64,000 bases of DNA from Verrucomicrobiota bacterium (GCA_049510745.1 JBEKYR010000011.1:1-64000), one strand, 5' to 3'; numbered from the stretch's first letter, positions 9,931-20,946 are shown. Notes: generated by a model from the letters alone, not told the origin. Made by a program: numbers and translations.

Positions 9931-11832
9931 ATGGATTTCTTCGAACGCCAGGAAAAAGCGCGCCGCAACACCAAGTGGCTCGTCCTCTACTTTGCCGCCG
10001 GCGTGGCGGGCCTGATTGCGGCGCTGTATCTGGCCACGCTGATCGCATTTGCCGGAGTCCACAGCCGCCATCATGACTACGGCGGGCCGGGGATTCCCCT
10101 TTGGGATGCGCGCCTCTTCGCGGCGGTCGCGCTCGGCACCCTGGCCATCATCGGCATCGGCAGCGCCTCCAAAACGATGGAGCTGGCCCAAGGCGGCAGC
10201 GCCGTGGCCAACATGATGGGCGGGCGCATCGTCCGATCCAACACCACCGATCCCGCCGAACGCAAGCTCCTCAACGTCGTCGAGGAGATGGCGCTGGCTT
10301 CCGGCGTGCCCGTGCCCCCGGTCTATGTCATGCCCGAAGAAAAGGCCATCAACGCCTTCGCCGCCGGCCATTCCCCCAGCGACGCCGTGGTGTGCGTCAC
10401 CGCCGGCTGCATGAACTTGCTGACGCGCGACGAGCTGCAAGGCGTCATCGGGCACGAGTTCAGCCACATCCTCAACGGCGACATGCGGCTGAACCTGCGG
10501 CTGATCGGCGTCATCTTCGGCCTGGTCTGCCTGGCGGTCGTCGGCCGCGTCCTTCTGCAAGTGCGCGGCGGACGCAATCGCAACGCCCTGCCGCTTTTCG
10601 GGCTGTTGCTGCTGCTCCTGGGGTGGATCGGCGTATTCTTTGGCCGGCTCATCCAGGCGGCCGTGAACCGTCAACGAGAATTTCTGGCCGACGCCTCGTC
10701 CGTCCAATTCACGCGCAACCCCGCCGGGATCGTCGGCGCGCTGAAAAAAATCGGCGGCCTCTCCTATGGGTCGAAGCTGGAAGCGACGCACGCCCACGAG
10801 GCCTCGCACATGTTTTTTGGCAACGGCACGGGCGAATCGCTTTTCGGGCTGATGGACACCCACCCGCCGCTGGCCGAACGCATCCGCGCGCTGGACCCGA
10901 GTTTTGACGGCAAATTTCCGAGCGTGTCGCTGGCGGCGGTGGAAGCAGAAGCCGCGCCGGTTCGCCGGCCCCCGGCCCTGGCGGCGGCGCCGCTGATGGT
11001 TGCCGCCCAAGCCGCGCTCCCACACGCCGGGACGGCGACGCCGGCGCATCTGCATTACGCGGTGCAGTTGCGGGATTCGTTCCCGCCGGCGGTGCAGGCG
11101 GCCGCGCGCGAGCCGTTCGGGGCCTGCGCCCTGATCTACAGCTTGCTCCTGAGTGCCGAGCAGCCGCTGCAAACGCAGCAATTGGAGTTCCTCTCGAAAA
11201 ACTGCGCCGCCGGCCTTTCGGCGGAAGCCGCGCAGTTGCTGCCGGACGTTGCGACCGTGGCGGCCCGCGCCAAACTGCCCCTGGTGGACCTGGCTTTGCC
11301 CGCGCTCTCCCATCTCTCGCCCGCGCAATACGAGGAATTCCGCGCCGCCGCCGAGTATCTCATCGAGAGCGACGGCCAGGTCGAGTTCTTCGAATTTGTC
11401 CTGCAAAAAATCGTCCTGCGGCACCTGGATGGCCAGTTCAAAGGGGCGCGGAAGCCCATCATCCAATACTACACGTTGAGCGGAGTCGCCGGGGACTGCG
11501 CGGTGCTGCTCTCGGCGCTGGCCTATGTGGGACAGCAGGAACCGGAGAAGATTCAGGCGGCGTTCCAGCAAGGGGCGGCGGCGCTGGGCAGCGCGGCCCG
11601 GACGCCGCTGGCACTGCTGCCGTCCGGGCAATGCGGCCTGGAGCAGATTGACGCGGCCCTGGATCGGTTGGTGGAAGCCGTCCCGCAAATCAAGAAGAAC
11701 GTGCTCAACGCCTGCGCCCTGACCGTCGCGGCTGACGGCGTGATCGAAGAAGGCGAGGCGGAATTGCTGCGGGCCATTGCGGAAACGCTGGATTGCCCGC
11801 TGCCGCCCTTTTTGCAGGCGGAAGCCGCCTGA
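9931..11832 (+). CDS. M48-family (HtpX-like) Zn metalloprotease with C-terminal extension
   Basis: INAFAAG, HEFSH zinc motif, REFLADA, THPPL; follows lemA. Confidence 0.9.
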   Translation: MDFFERQEKARRNTKWLVLYFAAGVAGLIAALYLATLIAFAGVHSRHHDYGGPGIPLWDARLFAAVALGTLAIIGIGSASKTMELAQGGSAVANMMGGRIVRSNTTDPAERKLLNVVEEMALASGVPVPPVYVMPEEKAINAFAAGHSPSDAVVCVTAGCMNLLTRDELQGVIGHEFSHILNGDMRLNLRLIGVIFGLVCLAVVGRVLLQVRGGRNRNALPLFGLLLLLLGWIGVFFGRLIQAAVNRQREFLADASSVQFTRNPAGIVGALKKIGGLSYGSKLEATHAHEASHMFFGNGTGESLFGLMDTHPPLAERIRALDPSFDGKFPSVSLAAVEAEAAPVRRPPALAAAPLMVAAQAALPHAGTATPAHLHYAVQLRDSFPPAVQAAAREPFGACALIYSLLLSAEQPLQTQQLEFLSKNCAAGLSAEAAQLLPDVATVAARAKLPLVDLALPALSHLSPAQYEEFRAAAEYLIESDGQVEFFEFVLQKIVLRHLDGQFKGARKPIIQYYTLSGVAGDCAVLLSALAYVGQQEPEKIQAAFQQGAAALGSAARTPLALLPSGQCGLEQIDAALDRLVEAVPQIKKNVLNACALTVAADGVIEEGEAELLRAIAETLDCPLPPFLQAEAA

Positions 11833-11890
11833 GGATTTCGAGGAAAGAGCAGGCTATACGAAAGCCCCCGGGGTGACTATTCTTGAGGCC

Positions 11891-13084
11891 ATGAAAGAGA
11901 ACCAAGAGTTGGATAAGTGCCTCCTGCGGGAGATTCGCTTGACGAACCTGCTGTCGTTCGGTCCGGACACAGCGGCATTGCCGCTGGAGAATCTTAACGT
12001 GCTGATCGGGCCGAATGGCGCGGGCAAATCCAACCTGATCGAGGCCCTGGCATTGATGCGGGCGACTCCCGTGCCGTCGCAAGCGACCTCAAACTCGGAC
12101 GTTCGTGGCGTCGTGCGGCGCGGCGGGGGCGCGGCCGAATGGATTTGGAAAGGAGCGAAAGGTCTGGCAGCGAAGGTAGCGTTGGTCGTCAACAATCCGA
12201 AAGGGAAACAACCCTTGCGGCACTTTTTTGAGTTTCGCGGGGACGAACGGGGTTTCCGGGTGTTTGATGAGCGGGTGGATCAGGACGAGGCGTGTTTCTA
12301 TTACCAGTTTCGAGGCGGACATGCGGTCATCAACACCGTCCAAGAGGGGCTCCGTAAGCTGGCACAGGAGACCGTGAACCTTGATCTTTCGATTTTGTCG
12401 CAACGGCGTGACCCTGAGCATTATCCTGAGATCACGTATCTGGCGGAAGCCTACGAAAAGTGGCGCATCTACCGGGAGTGGACGTTTGGCCGAAAAACAG
12501 TCCTCCGTGAACCGCAACAGGCGGACATGCGGAATGATCGTCTGGAGGAAGACTTCTCAAATCTCGGACTGTTCCTAAGTCGCTTGCGCAAAACGCCGAA
12601 GGCAAAGAAAGCCATTCTGGACGGATTGAGCGACTTGTACGAAGGGTTAACGGACTTCGATGTGCATGTCAACGGGGGGAGCGTGCAGGTTTTTTTCACG
12701 GAGGGGGATTTTTCCATTCCGTCCACGCGGTTGTCGGATGGAACGCTTCGTTATCTCTGCTTGCTTGCGATTCTATGTGATCCCGAGCCACCGCCCTTGA
12801 TCTGCATCGAAGAACCGGAATTGGGGCTGCACCCGGATATTCTCCCGAAATTGGCCGACCAATTGGTCGCCGCTTCAGAGCGGACACAACTCATCGTCAC
12901 CACGCACTCCGACATCTTAGTCGATGGCCTGACGGAGCGGCCGGAGACGGTGGTCGTTTGCGAGAAACACGACGGGCGGACGGAGATGCGCCGGTTGAAA
13001 AAGGATGAACTGGCAAAGTGGCTGGACAAATACCGGCTGGGGCAGTTGTGGATGGACGGCCAGTTGGGAGGCAAACGCTGGTGA
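11891..13084 (+). CDS. ABC-type ATPase (AAA_21/AAA_15-like)
   Basis: Walker A GPNGAGKSN, signature LSDGT, Walker B ICIEEPE, H-loop TTHS. Confidence 0.9.
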   Translation: MKENQELDKCLLREIRLTNLLSFGPDTAALPLENLNVLIGPNGAGKSNLIEALALMRATPVPSQATSNSDVRGVVRRGGGAAEWIWKGAKGLAAKVALVVNNPKGKQPLRHFFEFRGDERGFRVFDERVDQDEACFYYQFRGGHAVINTVQEGLRKLAQETVNLDLSILSQRRDPEHYPEITYLAEAYEKWRIYREWTFGRKTVLREPQQADMRNDRLEEDFSNLGLFLSRLRKTPKAKKAILDGLSDLYEGLTDFDVHVNGGSVQVFFTEGDFSIPSTRLSDGTLRYLCLLAILCDPEPPPLICIEEPELGLHPDILPKLADQLVAASERTQLIVTTHSDILVDGLTERPETVVVCEKHDGRTEMRRLKKDELAKWLDKYRLGQLWMDGQLGGKRW

Positions 13085-13695
13085 GCGCATATATTTACAT
13101 CGAAGGGGGTGCAAGAGGAGCCGGTTCAAAAGATTTGAATATCAGGTGTCAGGAGGCGTTTCACAAGCTGCTCGACCGAATGGGGTTCAAGGGGCGCCAG
13201 CCCCGGCTGGTGGCCTGCGGCGGCCGCAGCGGCGTCTATGATCGCTTCGTCATTCAACACTCGCAAAACATGGCGGGCTACGTCGCCATGTGGATTGACA
13301 GCGAGGAACCGATGGCGAATCCAGACGCCGCTTGGGAACATTTGCGAACAGTTACGACCGTTCCGAAATGGGCACAACCCGAAGGGGCCGGGGATAATCA
13401 GGTGTTGTTCATGACGACCTGCATGGAGACGTGGATCGTTGCGGATCGTGACGTGTTGAGCGATCACTACGGCCGCGAACTGCAGGAATCAGCGCTGCCT
13501 CCGTTGGCGGGAATGGAGGAGCGAGGGCGGCACGATGTGCAAAACATGCTGGAGCACGCCACACGCAATTGTGCAAATGCGTATGAGAAGGGCATACGCT
13601 CTTTTGAGATTCTTGGCAAACTCACGCCCGCGACATTGGAAAATCACCTGCCAAGTTTTGTCCGGGTCCGCCGCATCCTGAGCGCACAATTATAG
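13081..13695 (+). CDS. DUF4276-like (TOPRIM-like) protein
   Basis: IYIEGG, ACGGR, IDSE, CMETWIVAD; GTG start overlaps the ATPase stop (gtga). Confidence 0.75.
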   Translation: MSAYIYIEGGARGAGSKDLNIRCQEAFHKLLDRMGFKGRQPRLVACGGRSGVYDRFVIQHSQNMAGYVAMWIDSEEPMANPDAAWEHLRTVTTVPKWAQPEGAGDNQVLFMTTCMETWIVADRDVLSDHYGRELQESALPPLAGMEERGRHDVQNMLEHATRNCANAYEKGIRSFEILGKLTPATLENHLPSFVRVRRILSAQL

Positions 13696-13776
13696 CCAAG
13701 CCTTGAACGGCCTGTTTCCCCCACCGGCACAAACGAGAAGGGGTTTGAGACGTTGGCTCTTGTATTACGGCTGCCT

Positions 13777-15537
13777 TCACAATCGCGCCACCAGCAACTC
13801 GCGCTGGAAGAGGAATTCCTTGGGCAGATCGGCGTAGAGTTTGAGGAAAAGCTCGTCGTGCGAGAACGCCTCGCGGCGCCACTCCTCCACGCCAATCTCC
13901 TGCGCCTTGGCCATTCGGGCGGCATCGAAACCTTCCATCCCCCCCAGGTCAAAGTCCCGCGGGCCGGGCACCCAGCCCAGCGGCGTCTCGATGGCGTCGG
14001 CCCGGCCATGCGCCCGGTCCACAATCCACTTGAGCACGCGCATGTTCTCCCCGAAACCGGGCCAGATGAATCTTCCCTGCTCGTCGCGCCGAAACCAGTT
14101 GACGTAAAAGATGCGCGGCGGCACGGAGAGCCTCTTTCCCAGGCGCAGCCAGTGACGGAAATAAAGGCCCATATTGTAACCGCAGAAGGGCAGCATCGCC
14201 ATCGGATCGCGCCGGATTTTGCCGACTTCGCCGCTGGCGGCGGCGGTGGTTTCCGAACTCATGCACGCGCCGATATACACTCCGTGGACCCAGTCGAAGG
14301 CCTGATAAACCAGCGGAATGGCGGCGGCGCGGCGTCCGCCGAAAATAATCGCGCTGATTGGCACGCCCTTCGGGTCGTCGGCTTCGGGCGCGAAAACCGG
14401 GTTGTTCTTCATCGGCGCGCAAAAGCGGCTGTTGGGATGCGCCGCCGGCTCCGACGCCGCGGGCGTCCAGCGATTTCCCTTCCAATCGGTCAACTCCGGT
14501 GGCGGCTCTTCCGTCTTGCCTTCCCACCAAACGTCCAAATCCGGCGTCAGGGCGACGTTGGTGTAGATAGTGTCGCGGGAGATGGTCTCCATGGCGTTGG
14601 GGTTGGTGCGGTGATTGGTTCCCGGAGCCACGCCAAAATAGCCGGTTTCGGGATTGATGGCGTAGAGACGGCCATCGTCGCCGGGCTTCATCCAGGCGAT
14701 GTCATCGCCCAAAGTGCGGATTTTCCAGCCGGCCAGATGGGGCGGGGGAACGAGCATGGCGAAATTGGTTTTGCCGCAGGCGCTGGGAAAAGCGGCGGTC
14801 ACGTAGGTTTTGAAACCGGCGGGCGATTCGGCGCTGAGAATGAGCATGTGTTCGGCCAGCCAGCCCTCCTTGTTGGCCAGCCACGAGCCAATGCGAAGGG
14901 CGAAGCACTTCTTGCCCAGCAACACGTTGCCGCCGTAATTGGAGCCGGTCGAGATGATCGCGTTGTCCTGCGGGAAATGGGCGATGTATCGGTGCTGCGG
15001 GGCCACGTCCAGCATGCAATGCAAACCCCGGTTAAAATCCTCTCCCTGACCCAACTGCTGGTAAGCGATCTGGCCCATCCGCGTCATGATCCTCATGCTC
15101 AGAACGACGTAGATGGAATCGGTCAATTCGAGGCCGACCTTGGTCAACGACGAGCCGGGAGGCCCCATCAGGTAAGGCACCACGTACATCGTGCGCCCCC
15201 GCATGCCGCCCGCGCAAAGGGCCCGGAGCTTGCCGCTCATCTCCCCCGGCGCCACCCAATTATTGGTCGGCCCCGCCTCCTCGCGGGTGGGAGTGCAGAT
15301 GAAGGTGCGCCCTTCGCTCCGCGCCACGTCGTCCAGCGTCGAGCGGTGATAATAGCAGCCGGGAAGCTTCTTTTGGTTGAGCCGGAGAAGGATGCCCCGG
15401 TTCACCGCTTCCTGGAGAAGCGATTCCTTTTCCGATTCCGAGCCGTCGCACCAGAAAATCCGGTCTGGCTGGCACAGCTTGGCGGTTTCCTCCACCCATC
15501 GGAGGACGGCTGGATTGGCGGTGTTTGGTTTAGTCAT
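13777..15537 (-). CDS. pckG: Phosphoenolpyruvate carboxykinase (GTP)
   Basis: YGGNVLLGKKCFALR, AAFPSACGKTN, GDDIAW, HPNSRF, RRDPMAMLPF. Confidence 0.95.
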   Translation of the reverse strand: MTKPNTANPAVLRWVEETAKLCQPDRIFWCDGSESEKESLLQEAVNRGILLRLNQKKLPGCYYHRSTLDDVARSEGRTFICTPTREEAGPTNNWVAPGEMSGKLRALCAGGMRGRTMYVVPYLMGPPGSSLTKVGLELTDSIYVVLSMRIMTRMGQIAYQQLGQGEDFNRGLHCMLDVAPQHRYIAHFPQDNAIISTGSNYGGNVLLGKKCFALRIGSWLANKEGWLAEHMLILSAESPAGFKTYVTAAFPSACGKTNFAMLVPPPHLAGWKIRTLGDDIAWMKPGDDGRLYAINPETGYFGVAPGTNHRTNPNAMETISRDTIYTNVALTPDLDVWWEGKTEEPPPELTDWKGNRWTPAASEPAAHPNSRFCAPMKNNPVFAPEADDPKGVPISAIIFGGRRAAAIPLVYQAFDWVHGVYIGACMSSETTAAASGEVGKIRRDPMAMLPFCGYNMGLYFRHWLRLGKRLSVPPRIFYVNWFRRDEQGRFIWPGFGENMRVLKWIVDRAHGRADAIETPLGWVPGPRDFDLGGMEGFDAARMAKAQEIGVEEWRREAFSHDELFLKLYADLPKEFLFQRELLVARL

Positions 15538-15650
15538 GTTGCAAGGGATGATTGTCGGTCATGGTCTCGAGCGCCAGATCAAAACTTGACTTGCAGGCGA
15601 AAATCCACGGCCATTTCCGCGGACCCGCCGCCGAAGTCAAAAAAGGCCTT

Positions 15651-15896
15651 TTAATTTCCTGCCGGCTTTGTTTCCGGGGACTTTGCTTCCTCCGGGTAAG
15701 CCAGGTCCACCACCTGGGGGGCGCCCCGCAGACAGTAAAGGCCCACCAGCACGTAGCAGAGCTTGATGACGTAATACTGCCAAAACAAGTTCATGGACTC
15801 ATAATAAACGTCATTGATCACAGAATGGATCACATGGGCGAGGCCGATCAGACCAAGAATACGAATGGCGAGGGCAAACATCTCGCGGGCTTTCAT
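15651..15896 (-). CDS. Small membrane protein, hypothetical
   Basis: Two hydrophobic segments, aagga RBS-like sequence upstream. Confidence 0.6.
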   Translation of the reverse strand: MKAREMFALAIRILGLIGLAHVIHSVINDVYYESMNLFWQYYVIKLCYVLVGLYCLRGAPQVVDLAYPEEAKSPETKPAGN

Positions 15897-16062
15897 GGCA
15901 GGTTCCTTTTGTTGATGTTCAATTGGTTGCTCTTTTGGCATCGGGCCGCCTCCGTCGTGCCAGCGACGCCGCAGCCATCACAGGATGCCAAGCCGTCTGT
16001 TGGCCGAATGATAAAATCGCCCTGGGGGGATTGCAAGACCTTTCCCGCCGCTCCCACCCGGT

Positions 16063-16608
16063 TCACCTGAATTCGTCCCGGAAAATCTTCCAGCGGCTCA
16101 GGTCGATCTTCTTTTCGCCCGAATCGAGTTTCTTGATGGCGGCGATGACATTCTCAATGTTCTCGTAAATTTGGTCCGAGGGCAGGGTGCCGAAAATCCA
16201 GAAGGGGCAGGCCCGCTGGCCCTCGGCCACGACCAGGAAGATGGGCTTCTTCATCCGGTTGGCCCAGAAGACCTCCTCGGCCGTGCCCCAGGAGGCCGTT
16301 TTGGCCGAGATCAGGGCGATGAGGAAATCGGACCGGTCCACCAGGCTGAGGTCTTCGACGCGGATTTTGCGCATGATCTTGGAGAGTTCGTCGAAACGGC
16401 TCTCCTGGCGCAGCTTGATCAGCCGGGCAATGTGCTCCCTGTCTTCATTGACAGAATCTAGAAAGGGCTTCTTGAGCGGATCAAAAAAGATGATGCCCGT
16501 CTCCGCCAACTCGCTCTTGACCAGGTCCCGCCAGTAATTGGGCGCGTCGCTGTTCTCGATATTGCCGGCCAGGTAACATTTGGTCCGATGCAGCAGATGC
16601 TGGCTCAT
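16063..16608 (-). CDS. Nucleoside 2-deoxyribosyltransferase-like protein
   Basis: CYLAG..WR, FFDP, DLSLVDRSDFLIA, SWGTAEE, KKPI pattern of the NDT fold. Confidence 0.7.
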   Translation of the reverse strand: MSQHLLHRTKCYLAGNIENSDAPNYWRDLVKSELAETGIIFFDPLKKPFLDSVNEDREHIARLIKLRQESRFDELSKIMRKIRVEDLSLVDRSDFLIALISAKTASWGTAEEVFWANRMKKPIFLVVAEGQRACPFWIFGTLPSDQIYENIENVIAAIKKLDSGEKKIDLSRWKIFRDEFR

Positions 16609-16887
16609 GGCTGGAGCCTACCCCCTTGGGAACAGGTGTCAATTCCAAGGCACCGCGGGAAAAAGGACGATTCGGGCAGCAGACGCCAAGGAGGTGGGGG
16701 TGGGGAACCCCGCTGAAGAAACGTACCGCTACCCGAATCAAATTCCGCCTCCATCGTAAAGAGTTGTTCACAATTGTCAACGCTTAAAATGAGGTCTTAA
16801 AAGGGGGGTCAAAAGCGCGGTTCAGCCCCCCATTCCGGCCCCTGCGCCTGCCGGAAAGGCGCTCGTTTCAGGCTCGTTGGCAGTGAC

Positions 16888-18333
16888 TTACGCCGGGACA
16901 TCTGCGGGTTCATAGCGGGTGACCCGGCTGGATTTGCGGGCGACCTCGCGAATTTCAGACAATGAATTAATCTCGCCGCTGGCCCGCACCTGCACCAGCA
17001 AATTGCCCAACGCCGTGGCTTCCACCGGACCGGCAACCACCGGGCGCTGGCAGGCGTCCGCGGCGAACTGGTTGAGAATCTTGCTTTGCGAGCCGCCGCC
17101 GACGATATGGATGACCCCGATGCGTTCGCCGCCAAGTTCCTCCAGCCAGCCGAGCACTTCACGATACTTGAGCGCGAGGCTTTCGTAGGCGCAGCGGACC
17201 AACTCGCCTTCCGTCCTGGGCGCCGGTTGTTTGGTTTCGCGGCAGAAGTCCTGCATCGCCTTGGGCATGTCCTTGGGGTTGAGGAAGCGCGCATCATCGG
17301 GATTGACGATCGAGCGCCGGGCCGGCGCTTTGGCGGCCATCCGCGCCAGTTGGGCGTAGTCGTATTTCCCGCCGCGGGCGTCGAAGCTGCGCTTGCACTG
17401 CTGCACGAGCCAGAGGCCCATGATGTTTTTGAGCAGGCGATACGTGCCGTCGAGTCCGCCTTCGTTGGTCATGTTGAGTTCCAGCGCCCGCGCGCCGAGC
17501 GCGGCGTTCTGAACTTCGACGCCCATGAGCGACCAACTGCCCGAGCTGATGTAGGCCCAGTTGGCCCGGCCTGTGTTCGCCGTCGGCACGCCGGCCACCG
17601 CCGAAGCGGTATCATGGGTGGGCGGCGCGACGACTTTGACGCCCGACAGGCCGGTGCGTTCGGCGAGCGACTTGCGGATGGGGCCGAGTTGCGTGCCGGG
17701 CGTGACGATCTTGGGCAGGAAATGCGTGGGCAGGCCGAACTTCTTGAGCATCGCCAGCGACCAGTTGCGCTTGAGCGGGTGCATGAACTGCGACGTGGAG
17801 GCGATGGTAAATTCGGCCACGCGCGAGCCGCACAGGCACCAGTGGAAAAAGTCCGGCATGAACAAGAGGCAATCGGCCGCCTCAAGGAGGGCGGGCGAGT
17901 GCTGCTGCCACGCCAGCAACTGGTAGAGCGAATTCAACTCCATGAACTGGAGGCCGGTCTCGGCAAAGATTTCGGCCCGCGGCACCTTCTTGAAGGCCCG
18001 CTCCAGACCGCCCCGCGTGCGCGCGTCGCGGTAATTGTAAGGCTGTCCAAGAATTTCGTCCTGCTTGTTGAGCAGGACAAAGTCCACGCCCCAGGTGTCC
18101 GCGCCGACGGAGACAATGGACTTGCCGTATTTTTTGGCGGCCAGCGCCAGGCCGTTCTGGATTTCAGCCCACAGACGCATCACGTCCCAGCGCAGGCTCT
18201 CGGCCAGCGGCACCGGGCTGTTGGGGAAGCGGTGGACTTCTTCCAGCTTGATGGTTTTGCCGTTCCACAGGCCGGCGATGACGCGGCCGCTTTCGGCTCC
18301 GAGATCGATCCCGAGATAAACACGTTGTTTCAT
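16888..18333 (-). CDS. rhaB: Rhamnulokinase
   Basis: IDLGAESGR, DTWGVDF, HDTASAV, TNEGG, LKNIMGLW, GPVEATALGN. Confidence 0.93.
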   Translation of the reverse strand: MKQRVYLGIDLGAESGRVIAGLWNGKTIKLEEVHRFPNSPVPLAESLRWDVMRLWAEIQNGLALAAKKYGKSIVSVGADTWGVDFVLLNKQDEILGQPYNYRDARTRGGLERAFKKVPRAEIFAETGLQFMELNSLYQLLAWQQHSPALLEAADCLLFMPDFFHWCLCGSRVAEFTIASTSQFMHPLKRNWSLAMLKKFGLPTHFLPKIVTPGTQLGPIRKSLAERTGLSGVKVVAPPTHDTASAVAGVPTANTGRANWAYISSGSWSLMGVEVQNAALGARALELNMTNEGGLDGTYRLLKNIMGLWLVQQCKRSFDARGGKYDYAQLARMAAKAPARRSIVNPDDARFLNPKDMPKAMQDFCRETKQPAPRTEGELVRCAYESLALKYREVLGWLEELGGERIGVIHIVGGGSQSKILNQFAADACQRPVVAGPVEATALGNLLVQVRASGEINSLSEIREVARKSSRVTRYEPADVPA

Positions 18334-18419
18334 AGGTCAATGAAGTGCGGATGGGTTTTGCATTGTTGAAAGAGGCGCGCCGCGCGCAGGCCGGTTTGAC
18401 GGATTGGGCGCGGGGAGGT

Positions 18420-19538
18420 TCACTTGGCCGCGGGCGCCGTCACCTGGACAGCGGCCACTTTCCTGGCGGCGTCCTGGCCCAGTTTGCCGCTGTAGCCGGA
18501 GAGGACCGCGGAGCCAAGCAATACGGCCAGGCCGAGTCCGAGCAGGGCGCGGGTCTTGCCGCTGGTGCCTTTCCATTCGCCGAGGAACAGGCCCAGGATG
18601 CCGCTGAACATGATCGAGCTGGCCATCAACACCGCCCAGCCGACGTAGCTCTGGCCGCCCATCTGCGGTTCGCCGGTCTTGAAGGCGATGAACTGGCAGA
18701 CCCAGATCGTGCCGGCGATGGCGCCAAAGATGACGTTCGCCACCAGCGGCGCGTCTTTTTTCGAATAGTCGCCGAATGTCTTGTTCCTGGCGTTGAGGAA
18801 AAGGCACCAGAGGAAGTTGACGGTGAAACCGCCCAGCAGCGCCATCACCAGCACGGGCATGCCTTTCCACGCCAGGGCCGTGACCGGCTGGGTCGTCAGC
18901 GCCAGCTTTTCAATCGTCGGACCGCCCACCAAGCCGAAGCCCAGCGCCGCGCTCATCAAGCCGGAGAACAGCGCCACCATCATGCCTTTGCCGAAGTTGT
19001 ATTCGGCCACGGCTTTTTTCTTCTCCTCCTCCGGCAATTCTTTTTCCTTGGACATGCCGGCCAGGCCGACCAGCACGATGCCGATGAGCGAGACCAGGAC
19101 GCCAACCAGGGAAGCGATTCCCGCATCGGATTGAAACAACTGGCCGAATTCGCCCCTGAGGATTTTCGGCACGATGGTTCCCGCCGCGGAGCACAACCCG
19201 CAGCCGATGGCCAGGCCCAGACCGACACCGAGATACCGAATCATCAACCCCCACGTCAGGCCGCCGAAGCCCCACGCCGCGCCGCAAAGGTAGCAATACC
19301 AAAGCTCCTTGGCCGGCGCGGCCTTGAGGACGCTGATCGTGTTGGGCGATTGAATGAAGGCCAGCGCCCAGGGCACAATCAGCAACGCGAACAGCGCGTA
19401 GATGAGCCAGTAGCTTTCCCACGCCCAGTTTTTGACCTTCTTGAGCGGCAGATAAAACACCGCGCCGGCGAGTCCGCCGAGGACAAAGATGACGATGCCC
19501 AGGGCGGGATTGGGAGTCATGGCAGCCGTTTGGTTCAT
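18420..19538 (-). CDS. rhaT: L-rhamnose:proton symporter
   Basis: FYLPLKKVKNWAWESYW, WGFGGLTWGL, GEWKG; located between rhaA and rhaB. Confidence 0.9.
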   Translation of the reverse strand: MNQTAAMTPNPALGIVIFVLGGLAGAVFYLPLKKVKNWAWESYWLIYALFALLIVPWALAFIQSPNTISVLKAAPAKELWYCYLCGAAWGFGGLTWGLMIRYLGVGLGLAIGCGLCSAAGTIVPKILRGEFGQLFQSDAGIASLVGVLVSLIGIVLVGLAGMSKEKELPEEEKKKAVAEYNFGKGMMVALFSGLMSAALGFGLVGGPTIEKLALTTQPVTALAWKGMPVLVMALLGGFTVNFLWCLFLNARNKTFGDYSKKDAPLVANVIFGAIAGTIWVCQFIAFKTGEPQMGGQSYVGWAVLMASSIMFSGILGLFLGEWKGTSGKTRALLGLGLAVLLGSAVLSGYSGKLGQDAARKVAAVQVTAPAAK

Positions 19539-19549
19539 AGTGCCGGCAG

Positions 19550-20818
19550 TTATTTCCGTTTCGAGAGAACGTCTTTCTCGTACTTCTTGACTTCGGCCAG
19601 CCAGGCCTCGCCGACCGGCGCGCCCATCTTGAGGCAGTGATAATCCCACACCGCCGCGGACGGCATGGACTTGGCCTCCTCCATCAGCGCCAGCCGCGAG
19701 GTGTAGTCGCCTTCCAGTTCGAGCTTCTTGAGCTTGTCAATCGGATCGAGCATGGCGATGCACAGCGCGCGGAGCATGTTGCGCGCGCCGATGGTCCAGG
19801 CCGCGATGCGGTTGATGCTGGCGTCAAAATAATCCAGGCCGATGTGCGTGCGGCCCAGATAATCGCCCCGCACCAGTTCCTGCGCGATGGCCATCAGGGG
19901 GTCGTCCAGAATGACCACGTGGTCGCTGTCCCAGCGGACGCCGCGGCTGACGTGGAGCAGGATTTCCGGCACGAAGCAGAGCACGGAGGAAATCTTGTCC
20001 GACATGTTTTCGGTCGGGTGAAAATGGCCGGCGTCCAGGCAGATCAGTTTCTGGTTCTTGACCGCGTAGCCGAGATAAAACTCGTGCATGCCCACGGTGT
20101 AGCTTTCCGCGCCGATGCCAAAGAGCTTGCCTTCGATGGCGTCGAGGTTGTGTTTGGGGTCCAGCGGCTTCTTGAACACTTCATCCAGCGCCGTGGCGAG
20201 CCGCTCGCGCGGACCGCGCCGGTCGGCGGGGGTGTCCTTCATGCCGTCGGGAATCCAGATGTTGGTGACCGTGGTGGAACCGAGCGCCTTGCCCATGACG
20301 GCGCCGATTTCGCGGCAGAGGATGCAGTGCTCGATCCAGAACTGGCGGATGTTTTTGTCCGCGTGCGACAACGTGAAACCGTCGGCCGCCTTCGGATGCG
20401 AGAAGCAGGTGGGGTTGAAATCCAGGCCGATGCCGATGGACTTGGCCCAGTCAATCCAACTTTTGAAATGTTCGGGGCGGATTTGGTTGCGGTCCACCTT
20501 CTTGCCGCCGAAATCGCCGTAGAAGGCGTGCAGATTGAAGCGGTGCTTGCCGGGGATGAGCGAGAGCGCCTTCTCGGCGTCGGCGCGCAGTTCCTGCGGG
20601 CTGCGGGCCTTGCCGGGATAATTGCCGGTGGCGACGAGTCCGCCGCCGAGGGTCCCGCCGAAATTCTCAAAGCCGCCCACGTCATCGCCCTGCCAGCAGT
20701 GCAGGGAAACCGGCACACGGGCCAGTTCCTTGAGGACTTTTTCGGTGTCCACGCCAGATTCGACGTAACGCTCTTTGGCGAGCAGGTAGGCTTGTTGGAT
20801 ATTTTTTGAATTGCTCAT
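19550..20818 (-). CDS. rhaA: L-rhamnose isomerase
   Basis: [53 protein letters not shown]. Confidence 0.95.
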   Translation of the reverse strand: MSNSKNIQQAYLLAKERYVESGVDTEKVLKELARVPVSLHCWQGDDVGGFENFGGTLGGGLVATGNYPGKARSPQELRADAEKALSLIPGKHRFNLHAFYGDFGGKKVDRNQIRPEHFKSWIDWAKSIGIGLDFNPTCFSHPKAADGFTLSHADKNIRQFWIEHCILCREIGAVMGKALGSTTVTNIWIPDGMKDTPADRRGPRERLATALDEVFKKPLDPKHNLDAIEGKLFGIGAESYTVGMHEFYLGYAVKNQKLICLDAGHFHPTENMSDKISSVLCFVPEILLHVSRGVRWDSDHVVILDDPLMAIAQELVRGDYLGRTHIGLDYFDASINRIAAWTIGARNMLRALCIAMLDPIDKLKKLELEGDYTSRLALMEEAKSMPSAAVWDYHCLKMGAPVGEAWLAEVKKYEKDVLSKRK

Positions 20819-20946
20819 AATGCTGGTGCTTTCGTTTCTGATTTCCGCCGGATGTTGCCGGCTCGCGCGCACTTCTTCGGCCGCGGTGCCAAATTTTCGC
20901 GCAAAATATCAAGCCCACTGCCCGCGCACAAGGTCATTTCTCGGCC

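Noticed and set aside
13753..15654. Long antisense ORFs (also 9919-11688, 32164-34101, 58428-60428 and others)
   Set aside because: Typical stop-poor shadow frames of high-GC genes, with no recognisable motifs
16829..16865. Possible additional REP-type repeat (reads PFRQAQGPE on the minus strand)
   Set aside because: Single degenerate copy in the window; not enough evidence
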